Shown here one piece after another: positions 10,299-18,199 of a stretch of 64,000 nt of DNA (positions are counted from its first letter, which is position 1; every line of letters starts with the position of its first letter). Where the stretch lies: positions 126,903-190,902 of the forward strand of contig JAZDMU010000002.1 in NCBI GenBank assembly GCA_043800695.1, given 5' to 3'. Position numbers and translations under genes: made by a program. The stretch is from Bacteroidota bacterium. GTDB taxonomy: Bacteria; Bacteroidota; Bacteroidia; Bacteroidales; VadinHA17. Below the pieces are notes generated by a model. That model saw only the letters and a program-made list of their open reading frames with translations. It was not told the origin of the DNA and did no database searches.

Positions 10299-10333
10299 TG
10301 TTAAAATCCGCAGGATTAACCTCCTGCGGATTT
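10299..10333 (-). terminator. Strong intercistronic hairpin between the lipoprotein and TBDR genes (weak T-run)
   Basis: 12-bp perfect stem AAATCCGCAGGA (10304-10315) / TCCTGCGGATTT (10322-10333) with a 6-nt loop. Only a short T-run follows on either strand, so it may act as a partial terminator or an RNA-stability element. Confidence 0.35.
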
Positions 10334-10351
10334 GAAATTTGAAATATATCG

Positions 10352-12067
10352 CTAGAACTGACTCAAAGAACCGGAAACCTGGCTCCACGACCAACCCTCG
10401 AAGCTGGTTACTGTTGCTCCTACAGTGTTGGCGCCTGCTGCGACCGCGGTTGTGAAGAGGTCACTGCCTCCTATAAAGAAACTGGTAAGTACACCACCGC
10501 TGGGAAGGGTTGCCTGGAAATCTGTAAAAGTGCAGGTATAAAGAGTTGGAAGCTCATCAAAATCCTGACCTGACTTCATTCCGAAGAAGTAGATGTTATC
10601 CATATCAACATTTGAATTCGGATCAAGGTCAGCAAGCCCCTGTGCATTGCCGGCATAAGCCGAAACGTTTTTGATAGTGTGTTTTCCAACCATTACACCT
10701 TCAGGTCCGTCAAGCTCAAAACACTCGTCACCCGGATTTACTATTATACAGTTGTCGAGTGTTCCTGACCAGGACATGTCGGTATCAATTGCATCATCTT
10801 TTGTGTTCCATACAATTACGTTCTTGACGTTCACTGTCCCGCCGAACCACTCTATTCCGTCATCGTCGTTTGATACAACCTCTATGTTTTCTATAACAGT
10901 ACCTGAGCCTACTCCTCCGAGTGTGAGGCCGTTGATCTCATTGCCTTCACCTATGTTTGCTCCTCCGTGACGGATGGATATATATTTCAGTGTGCCGGAA
11001 TTATCAGCTGCATCTGCGCCTCCGTAAAGACCATTGAGATCTGAAGGAGGAATACCTTCAATCTGCATTGCATCGGCATCAGCTGAGATTGGGGCTTTGC
11101 CGAGGACCAGAAGACCTCCCCAGAGACCGGAAACTGTGGGCTCAAGGTTGGGGCTCGCAATTTCACCCGGAAGAATTCCATCTACAACGGATGTGAAGAT
11201 AATCGGAGATGCTGCAGTTCCTTCAGCCATGAGCTTACCGCCCCTGGCGATCATCAAAGCTGTTGCATTGGCTTCAGAGCCTTCACGACCTTTAATTATA
11301 ACACCCGGTTCAATGGTAAGAGTAACGCCATCAACTACCGTAATACGTCCTTCAAGAATATAAATGTTTCCTGTCTGCCATGTAGTGTTTGCTGTAATAT
11401 TCGCAGAAACAGAAGTTGTTTGGTATGCTTTAACATTCAGGACAGCAACCCCCATTCCAGTTTTGTTATTATTGTCAGTTACAGTTAGTGTGACTGACCC
11501 TGCACCTGTTTCCCTGGCCGCAGTAAATGTAACAACAACATTTCCCGAAGTTGCTCCTGCTTCAGCGTCTGTCTTTATAACAGCGGTACCTCCCGTAGCA
11601 GTAAGAGCTGCTGACTTGTAACCGCCCTCTGCATTGAATGCAAATGTGACATCAGTTGTTTTGGTTACTGTAACATCAGAATTGGCAGGTGTTGTGATTG
11701 CCGGTGCTCCCTCTTCAAAAATTGTTAAAACAGCAGTTGCTGATTCAGTCTGACTTTCGGCATCTGTTAAAGTAAGCAATACTGTTCCGGCTCCCGATGT
11801 CGTTCCTGCCGTAAAAGTAACAACAATTTCGCCGCTGGTTGATCCTGCTGAAGCAGCGGTTTTTACAGTTGCAGTACCACCGGTAGCTGTTAATGCTGCT
11901 GATTTGTATCCCGCTTCTGCGGTAAAAGAGAATGTCAGTTCAGCTGCCTGACTGACCTCTACTGTAGTACTCTCCGGGGCTGTAACTACAGGCAAGGCAT
12001 ATTCTTCCTTGCAACCTGTAAGAACTGCCAGGTAAAGCACCAGACCAAAAATTAAGATTCTTTTCAT
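10352..12067 (-). CDS. Surface lipoprotein: two tandem Ig-like repeats plus a parallel beta-helix-like C-terminal domain
   Basis: It has a lipobox (LAVLTGC). Two ~96-aa repeats share the block GYKSAALTATGGTA. The C-terminal part is rich in short G/N/D-containing beta-helix-like turns (…IEWFGGTVNVKNVIVWNTKDDAIDTD…). It lies directly upstream of the TBDR. Confidence 0.55.
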   Translation of the reverse strand: MKRILIFGLVLYLAVLTGCKEEYALPVVTAPESTTVEVSQAAELTFSFTAEAGYKSAALTATGGTATVKTAASAGSTSGEIVVTFTAGTTSGAGTVLLTLTDAESQTESATAVLTIFEEGAPAITTPANSDVTVTKTTDVTFAFNAEGGYKSAALTATGGTAVIKTDAEAGATSGNVVVTFTAARETGAGSVTLTVTDNNNKTGMGVAVLNVKAYQTTSVSANITANTTWQTGNIYILEGRITVVDGVTLTIEPGVIIKGREGSEANATALMIARGGKLMAEGTAASPIIFTSVVDGILPGEIASPNLEPTVSGLWGGLLVLGKAPISADADAMQIEGIPPSDLNGLYGGADAADNSGTLKYISIRHGGANIGEGNEINGLTLGGVGSGTVIENIEVVSNDDDGIEWFGGTVNVKNVIVWNTKDDAIDTDMSWSGTLDNCIIVNPGDECFELDGPEGVMVGKHTIKNVSAYAGNAQGLADLDPNSNVDMDNIYFFGMKSGQDFDELPTLYTCTFTDFQATLPSGGVLTSFFIGGSDLFTTAVAAGANTVGATVTSFEGWSWSQVSGSLSQF

Positions 12068-12195
12068 ACTTTTTCGATATTATTATTTAATTAAAATTTT
12101 TCTGTTTTATCTGTGGCAAAAATATGATCAGTATATTTCGTACCGGTTAAGGAAATATTAAGGTTTTGTTACAATCTGTGATAAGGCTGGTTTTT

Positions 12196-12296
12196 CTCTG
12201 TGGATCTCTGTGACTTCTCAGTGGAACTCTGTGTAACATATTTTTTTCCAAGAACTTACACAGAGAAACACGGAGGAGTCACAGAGTTAAACAGAG
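12196..12296. repeat. CACAGAG-word inverted-repeat element
   Basis: CTCTGTG words lie on the left arm and CACAGAG words on the right arm, around the centre ...CTCTGTGTAA-N20-TTACACAGAG... 12214-12238 is a perfect 25-nt inverted match to 59953-59977. Confidence 0.8.
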
Positions 12297-12329
12297 AATT
12301 AGTAACTTGCGGTTTTTATTTTAAGTCCG

Positions 12330-13013
12330 ATGAAAAGGGGATTATTGATTATTACGGGATTATTTTGTTTTCTGACAGCATTTTCGCAATCGTTCATTCT
12401 CCCGAATTACGGGATGAAGAGTCATGAAACGCTGGGGATCAGTAAGATAGAGGTAAATCCCAAAGGAATATCATTTTATATGACCATTGAGAATCGTATC
12501 CAGGGAGGCACTTTCTGTGTCGACATGAACACATTTTTGATCTATCCTGATGGCACACGCAGCAAGCTAGTATCTGCAAGTGGAATACCTGTCTGCCCCG
12601 ATTCACATAAGTTCAAGACGCCAGGTGAAAAACTTGATTTTGTCCTTTTATTCCCTCCTCTTAAGGAAGGAACCGGATGGATTGACCTTGTTGAGGAATG
12701 CAGTGATCACTGTTTTTCATTTTATGGAGTTACTCTTGACAATGAACTGAATCAAAAGGTCAATGAAAGTTTTATTCTGGCAGAAGGAGACGAGGCATCA
12801 AGAGGAATTATAAGCCTTATTGACCTCATTGGAGAGGTTGATATTAAAAACTATGGTATTGAGGGCTTGCTTTATTTAACAATTGTAAAGCTGAGTGATG
12901 AGGCAGGCTCTAAAGCAATTGCTGCCGAGTGGTATAAGAAAATGAAATCGTCAGGAGCGCCCAGGGTAGGCGAGTATCTTAAATACCTTAATGATAACGG
13001 TATCAGGTATTAA
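12330..13013 (+). CDS. Secreted hypothetical protein
   Basis: 227-aa ORF with an N-terminal signal peptide (MKRGLLIITGLFCFLTAFSQ). I recognise no family. Confidence 0.45.
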   Translation: MKRGLLIITGLFCFLTAFSQSFILPNYGMKSHETLGISKIEVNPKGISFYMTIENRIQGGTFCVDMNTFLIYPDGTRSKLVSASGIPVCPDSHKFKTPGEKLDFVLLFPPLKEGTGWIDLVEECSDHCFSFYGVTLDNELNQKVNESFILAEGDEASRGIISLIDLIGEVDIKNYGIEGLLYLTIVKLSDEAGSKAIAAEWYKKMKSSGAPRVGEYLKYLNDNGIRY

Positions 13014-13032
13014 TACGATTAAGATATATTTC

Positions 13033-13070
13033 AAAAAGAAAGGCTGACCCGAAGAGGATCAGCCTTTTAT
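13033..13070. terminator. Bidirectional terminator between convergent genes
   Basis: Stem AGGCTGA (13041-13047) / TCAGCCT (13059-13065) is flanked by an A-run upstream and a T-run downstream. Confidence 0.5.
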
Positions 13071-13088
13071 TCATTTAAGCATCCTGGC

Positions 13089-14744
13089 TTAGAAGCTCAG
13101 CTCTACTCCAAATCCTACAACAAAAGTGCTTTTTGTATAGGTTTCTTTTGGCAGCATATTAGTTGCACCAAGGAAATGATTTACGTTTTTCTCATCTCCC
13201 AGATACATAGTGTAACTGGCTCCCAGGTTAATTTTCAGCATTTCACCAAGCATAAATGCACCTCCTCCGCCAAATGTATGAGTTGCATTTCCGAATGTAA
13301 GGTCGCTCTGGTATAAACTGTTTACACCTTTATTGCCATATACATACCCTGCACTGACAAGCCAGTTTTCGGCTACTTTATACTCAAGACCTCCCTGAAG
13401 TGACATCCCATTATTGTCGATGATCTCACTGTTATCAACATGTACTGTAGCTGTTGCTGGGTTAAGGTCATCATCAATCTTATGTCCGTAGTCGGCTGAT
13501 TTATCGAAGTAATAATTAGATCCAAAAGATAGTTTGATATTGGATAATTTATAGTCAACACCAAGTGCAAGCATAGCAGGCATATCTGCTCTTTTCACTT
13601 CATCCTGAATAAATATGCCTCCTCCCATCGTCGGGCTGGCCAGGGATGTTGTGAGTTCAAGCTTGGTCAGGAATTCATATTTAAGGGCAATATTCAGGTT
13701 CTCAATTGGTGAGACATTTACACTTATAATCGGAGTATACCCCATTCCTGTCTCTTCAGCATCAACTTCCACATCAGCGACCCTGGCTGCATTACTGGAT
13801 AAAGTTGTTCCGGTTGCTGAGAATACAGGTGCAGCCCCAGCTAATATTGCCTGGGCTTGAGTGAGGTTAAGTCCGGCTGGATTTTGACCGGCAGCACCAA
13901 TTATTTGCTGTATCGTGGCAATAGCAGTGGCATCTAATCCGTAAGCAGCTAAAGCAGGGTTTGTTAACAGCATAGAACCTAAACTATATGTGGTGATTAG
14001 TGTTTGTAATCCTGCTGAATACCCAGTTGCTCCTGTGTAAAGTTGGTTCATTAAATTTGCACCATCTGTAAAGAATTCACTGGCAAGTACCATTGAACCG
14101 GTGTATGCTCCGAAAGCAGGGTAATTCGGATTAATACTTATGTCTCTCAGGTAGCCGTTATAAGTATTCTTTGCTGTAACCAGGCGGACACCGGCTGCAA
14201 CCGAGATCATATCATTTATCTTGTACGATACATTTGCCTGGTATCCAAAGTAGATCGACGAACCCTCGAAGAAAATGTCAGCATCATAATCGGTTGTCCC
14301 GAAATTTGTAAAAGTGGCTGGTACAAGATCTGCAATGCTCATTTCAAATGATGGCAGTCCGGCCTCATAAGTAGCACCGCCGCCGCCGCCGACAGGATTA
14401 AATCCAAAAGAGACTGCAAACTTATCCAGTTTGTAGGCTGCAGCAACAGATGGGAATAATGGTGCTTTTACCGATCCTTCGTAAAGTTCATTGTGAAGGT
14501 AGCTGTAGTCGTTGGTAATTTCTCTTTTTTGAAAAATAGTCTGGTTTGAAACGGCAAAATGGAATCCATTGTCCATCTTCATTAATCCGGCAGGGTTATA
14601 ATAAACTGCATCAGCTTCAACTGATGCATTCCTGGAAGGGAGGCGAACCCATGAAGCGCTCTGGTTAGTATTGGTAACCAGTCCTCCGGCCAGCAGTGTT
14701 CCGGCAATCATTGTTCCGGTAAACAAAAGGAGAATTTTTCTCAT
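13089..14744 (-). CDS. Outer-membrane beta-barrel protein, FadL/TodX-like
   Basis: 551 aa with a signal peptide and an N-terminal ...ADAVYYNPAGLMKM... motif. It has alternating beta-strand patterns and a C-terminal aromatic residue (…GVELSF). Confidence 0.55.
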   Translation of the reverse strand: MRKILLLFTGTMIAGTLLAGGLVTNTNQSASWVRLPSRNASVEADAVYYNPAGLMKMDNGFHFAVSNQTIFQKREITNDYSYLHNELYEGSVKAPLFPSVAAAYKLDKFAVSFGFNPVGGGGGATYEAGLPSFEMSIADLVPATFTNFGTTDYDADIFFEGSSIYFGYQANVSYKINDMISVAAGVRLVTAKNTYNGYLRDISINPNYPAFGAYTGSMVLASEFFTDGANLMNQLYTGATGYSAGLQTLITTYSLGSMLLTNPALAAYGLDATAIATIQQIIGAAGQNPAGLNLTQAQAILAGAAPVFSATGTTLSSNAARVADVEVDAEETGMGYTPIISVNVSPIENLNIALKYEFLTKLELTTSLASPTMGGGIFIQDEVKRADMPAMLALGVDYKLSNIKLSFGSNYYFDKSADYGHKIDDDLNPATATVHVDNSEIIDNNGMSLQGGLEYKVAENWLVSAGYVYGNKGVNSLYQSDLTFGNATHTFGGGGAFMLGEMLKINLGASYTMYLGDEKNVNHFLGATNMLPKETYTKSTFVVGFGVELSF

Positions 14745-14890
14745 ACTTCAGATTTTAGGTTTGTATTCAAAAAACAGGTCAAAAATATAAAATAATTTGA
14801 ATTTTCCAATAAGTCTAAAATAGTATATTGATATTTAGGTAATTGGACGGAGTTCTGAAACATATTCGAAAAATCATGCAATCATGCTTT

Positions 14891-15008
14891 GTCAGCCGTA
14901 GCCTTGCTTTGCCCGAGGAAGGCTGGCATTCTTTCTGTTTTACCACGGATAACACGGATTTTCACGGATTTACCCTGCGCCCTGAGCTCTGAGCACTGCG
15001 CCCTTCGC
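14891..15008. repeat. Composite word repeat: hairpin, three CACGGAT words, then CTGCGCCC/TGAGC words
   Basis: CACGGAT occurs at 14944, 14953 and 14963 (9-10 nt phase). CTGCGCCC occurs at 14975 and 14996. The element ends flush with the TAG stop (15009-15011) of the glycosidase gene. Confidence 0.7.
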
Positions 15009-18000
15009 CTAAATCGCATTAAGCAAATCGAATTCCTCCATCAGGCCGTATTCCAGCAGATCGTAGTCTTTCCCTGCCGGATACGATTTTACATTCCTGA
15101 AATGCCACGGACCCACCAGTCCCGGTGCCGGATTGTTGAAATGGGGGCCCAGCAGGTTCTTCAGACTGCCGGTTACACTAACCTCAATCTTATTGATCCC
15201 CGGCTTAATGAATTGTGTAACATCATTCTGATACGGAGGGAATGCTATCACGCCGGCTGTCTGGCCGTTAACAACCACTTCAGCAACAGTACCTTTCCAT
15301 TCATTAAGTTTTACAACGTATGTTCCCTCCTGCTTTTCAATGTTAAAATCCCGGCTATAGATGACATCCCATGAATAGAACGGCATCCCCTGATCCTTCC
15401 AGCTTCCCATTGTTAATTTATTAACAGCCGGCTCTGTCACAAAGCCCTTTTCTACGGGTTTAACAGAAAAATTGCCAAGTATGTAAACAGGTTCAATCTC
15501 AGCATGAACATTCATCGGTGAGACCTTCAGTGTAATAGAGTTTGTACCTTGCTTTACCAGTTTTTCAATTTCATAAACGCCAAGCTCCCTGTCGAGCCAC
15601 CATTCACCCTCCTCCGCTTTTGCTTCTTTCCCGTTTACCAGTATAGTCCATAATTCCGGTCTTTCGATAACGGCTTTCATTCCTGTAAAATCAGTAATTC
15701 CCTTTATATTGAAATAGTAAGTGGCTGTAAATCCTGTATTTGCATCGTATTTGTCGCGATCAACTATATTAGTCTTAAACTGTACCGAAGAATTCCAGGG
15801 ATTTCCTCCGTCAAAGCCATAATGCTTGTATACCCTGTCGGCAGCATCATAGTTATGAATGTCTTTAATGATCTCATCCCCGATCTGAAGATCGCAGAAT
15901 TCAATTGTGAGCACATTGTCCCCTTTCCTGCTAACGGTCATTTCCCCGGATTCCAAAGCGGTGAAGTTTCCCGGCATTTCGGGGACCTTAAATATACCCT
16001 GTTTGCTAAGCGGAAGATAAAGCAGCAGGCTTCCTGCCGGGGGAAGCTCGAAACTCAGCATGACATCCTTTCCTGCAGGAGTGGATGGGTATCTGGTAAT
16101 CTCTCCTGTAATGGTATTAAGCTCAATTGCATCAGCGCCTCTGTTTAAAACTGTTCCTTCAACAGGTTCTTCAAGGCTGGAATTCACCAGGAACAACACC
16201 TGGCCGTCAGCCAGGTACCTGCGGTGATGGTAAAGCTGGCCTCCCGTCACTTCTGAGAACCTTGACTCCTTTGAGACGAAATATTTTGAGATAACCTCAT
16301 CATTAAGTTCATTTACAAGAATGATCTTGTCCCTGTACACCTCAAACATCTTCTCAAGTGCTGCATCATATGCCCCGTCAACCAGGTTTGGAATTGAAAA
16401 GGAAATGAGCCTGCCGCCTCCGGCGACAAGCTTGCTGATAAGCCTGAATGTCTCCCTGTCGAGGTTCTCAACCATGGGAGGGAGGACAACAAGTGAGTAA
16501 CTTGCCTGCCCGACAATGAATCTGCCCGACTTCACTGATCCCATGTCCTTGATCGTGTTCTCTGATCCCAGGTCATACTCCACCTGGCTCTTCTCAAGAG
16601 ATGTGATGAATGACTGGAACGCCTGTCCGATCTCTGCATGCTTTAGATTTTTATTTACATATGAATCATAAAGCCAGGCTGTTGTGGAAGGTTCGATTAT
16701 AAGTATTTCATTTACCTGCTTCCCGGCCGATAGTGCCAGGGAGAGCCTTGAATAATGATCAGCTATATACTTATAATTATCCCACCAGGGCTCATGATAA
16801 TCGAATGTAGGAGGGTAGTCATATTTTCTTGCTCCTGCCAGGGAGAAATATGTAAGGTGCTGGTTCATAAAGTTAACGCCGAGCGCATATTCCCAGTCAC
16901 CGTTCCGTTTCATATCTGTAAATGTCAGTTCCCATCCTGATCCGCCATATGTCTCGCTGAGCTTTCTCTGCCTGCCGGTCTGGTTTGCAGCGCTGGCAAG
17001 CTCCTTCACCGATCTGATATTTCCGAACTGTGCATGAGGTGATTCATCGTCGAACTGGTTGAACAGCATATCGATGGCGGGCACCTGGTGCCAGGCGTAC
17101 ATAGCCATGTTGTCGCCTCCATGACGCATGTTGGGCCACTCATGTTCCCAGTAATGGCCGGTGAATTTCAGACCTTCTTCCTCACAGTAAGCATAATAGG
17201 GTAAGGCCCAGCGGTCGATAAAGAGTTGAAGGAGCGTCTGGGTATAGTTATGCCTCACCTTTTTCCAGTCGCCAACCTCTTCAAGGAGTGAAGGCAGCTG
17301 AGTCCTCAGGTCATATCCCCATTTTTCGGCGAACACTTCAAACAAGTCGGGTGTCCAGCGGATCCCTCCCGGGGAATTTATCTGGGGTTCGTCGGTGAAG
17401 ATGCCGGGGATAGTGTTCCCGAATTCACTGCCGGTCTGCTCCTCATATCCTTTCATCGTGAGTTCAATGAACTTCTCCGTGACACCCGGACAGAGAAGAT
17501 CGACATAGGTAAATCCTCCGTACCATTCGCTTTTACTATTATAAGTTTTTGTGAATAGGAAATAATTCCCTGTCTTGCCCTTTTCAGCATCAAGTGCTGT
17601 AGTGATGTCAAGGTAACTCCCGTTATCTTCCTTCAGGCAAAGAAAATACCTGTCTGCTGTATCAGGAAGAGTTTCAACCTTCGTCAGTCTGAGCCCCTGT
17701 CCCTGGTTGAATGATTCGGGCATCTGATCGGGAACATGACCACCGGCAAAGCCGCTGGGATAGGAATTTTCGTCATATATCCAGACTTTCATGCCGAGTT
17801 CCCTGCCTTTTTCAACGGTGTATTTAAAAAGGTCGAACCATTCCTCGTTGAGGTATTCAGTAATCAGTCCGGGACGCGGATGAACGAACACCTGTCGGAT
17901 TCCCTGTTCATTGAAATCATTTATGAAATTGTCAATCTCCTCCCTGGTGATCTTATAGTTCCACACAAAAAAAGGAGCGGTTGTATATTCAGCAGACGGC

Positions 18001-18131
18001 GAGTTAAATTCCGCTGATAATGCTGCGAAGTCGTTGATCTTTACTTCATTGACGGTAGTTCTCTTGCAGGAAACCGTACCAGGCAGTATGGTAATTACCA
18101 GGACTGATGACAGAAGAATCTTTGCTTTCAT
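15009..18131 (-). CDS. Large secreted glycoside hydrolase, GH106-like / jelly-roll containing family
   Basis: 1040 aa with a lipoprotein-type signal (…LPGTVSC). The N-terminal catalytic-barrel-like region reads (…FVHPRPGLITEYLNEEWFDLFKYTVEKGRELGMKVWIYDENSYPSGFAGGHV…). The family assignment comes from memory of similar Bacteroides proteins and was not searched. Confidence 0.5.
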   Translation of the reverse strand: MKAKILLSSVLVITILPGTVSCKRTTVNEVKINDFAALSAEFNSPSAEYTTAPFFVWNYKITREEIDNFINDFNEQGIRQVFVHPRPGLITEYLNEEWFDLFKYTVEKGRELGMKVWIYDENSYPSGFAGGHVPDQMPESFNQGQGLRLTKVETLPDTADRYFLCLKEDNGSYLDITTALDAEKGKTGNYFLFTKTYNSKSEWYGGFTYVDLLCPGVTEKFIELTMKGYEEQTGSEFGNTIPGIFTDEPQINSPGGIRWTPDLFEVFAEKWGYDLRTQLPSLLEEVGDWKKVRHNYTQTLLQLFIDRWALPYYAYCEEEGLKFTGHYWEHEWPNMRHGGDNMAMYAWHQVPAIDMLFNQFDDESPHAQFGNIRSVKELASAANQTGRQRKLSETYGGSGWELTFTDMKRNGDWEYALGVNFMNQHLTYFSLAGARKYDYPPTFDYHEPWWDNYKYIADHYSRLSLALSAGKQVNEILIIEPSTTAWLYDSYVNKNLKHAEIGQAFQSFITSLEKSQVEYDLGSENTIKDMGSVKSGRFIVGQASYSLVVLPPMVENLDRETFRLISKLVAGGGRLISFSIPNLVDGAYDAALEKMFEVYRDKIILVNELNDEVISKYFVSKESRFSEVTGGQLYHHRRYLADGQVLFLVNSSLEEPVEGTVLNRGADAIELNTITGEITRYPSTPAGKDVMLSFELPPAGSLLLYLPLSKQGIFKVPEMPGNFTALESGEMTVSRKGDNVLTIEFCDLQIGDEIIKDIHNYDAADRVYKHYGFDGGNPWNSSVQFKTNIVDRDKYDANTGFTATYYFNIKGITDFTGMKAVIERPELWTILVNGKEAKAEEGEWWLDRELGVYEIEKLVKQGTNSITLKVSPMNVHAEIEPVYILGNFSVKPVEKGFVTEPAVNKLTMGSWKDQGMPFYSWDVIYSRDFNIEKQEGTYVVKLNEWKGTVAEVVVNGQTAGVIAFPPYQNDVTQFIKPGINKIEVSVTGSLKNLLGPHFNNPAPGLVGPWHFRNVKSYPAGKDYDLLEYGLMEEFDLLNAI

Positions 18132-18199
18132 GATTATATTATGTTATGATTGTCAGGCGTGGAATAATTCTCATTGTGAATTAACAAAAGATGTTGAAT

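Noticed and set aside
12200-12427. 75-aa ORF ([16 protein letters not shown]...) across the CACAGAG element
   Set aside because: It is a translation of a dispersed palindromic repeat and overlaps the better-supported signal-peptide ORF starting at 12330. The ORFs 59768-60025, 14889-15374, 40342-40656 and 43363-43590, which cross other repeat elements, are rejected for the same reason.
14940-15008. Possible CRISPR array suggested by regularly spaced short repeats (also at 23147-23244, 40458-40513 and 59897-59996)
   Set aside because: The repeat units are only 7-11 nt with 0-3-nt spacers, far below CRISPR repeat and spacer sizes. Many are arranged as inverted arms, and there are no cas genes in the window.
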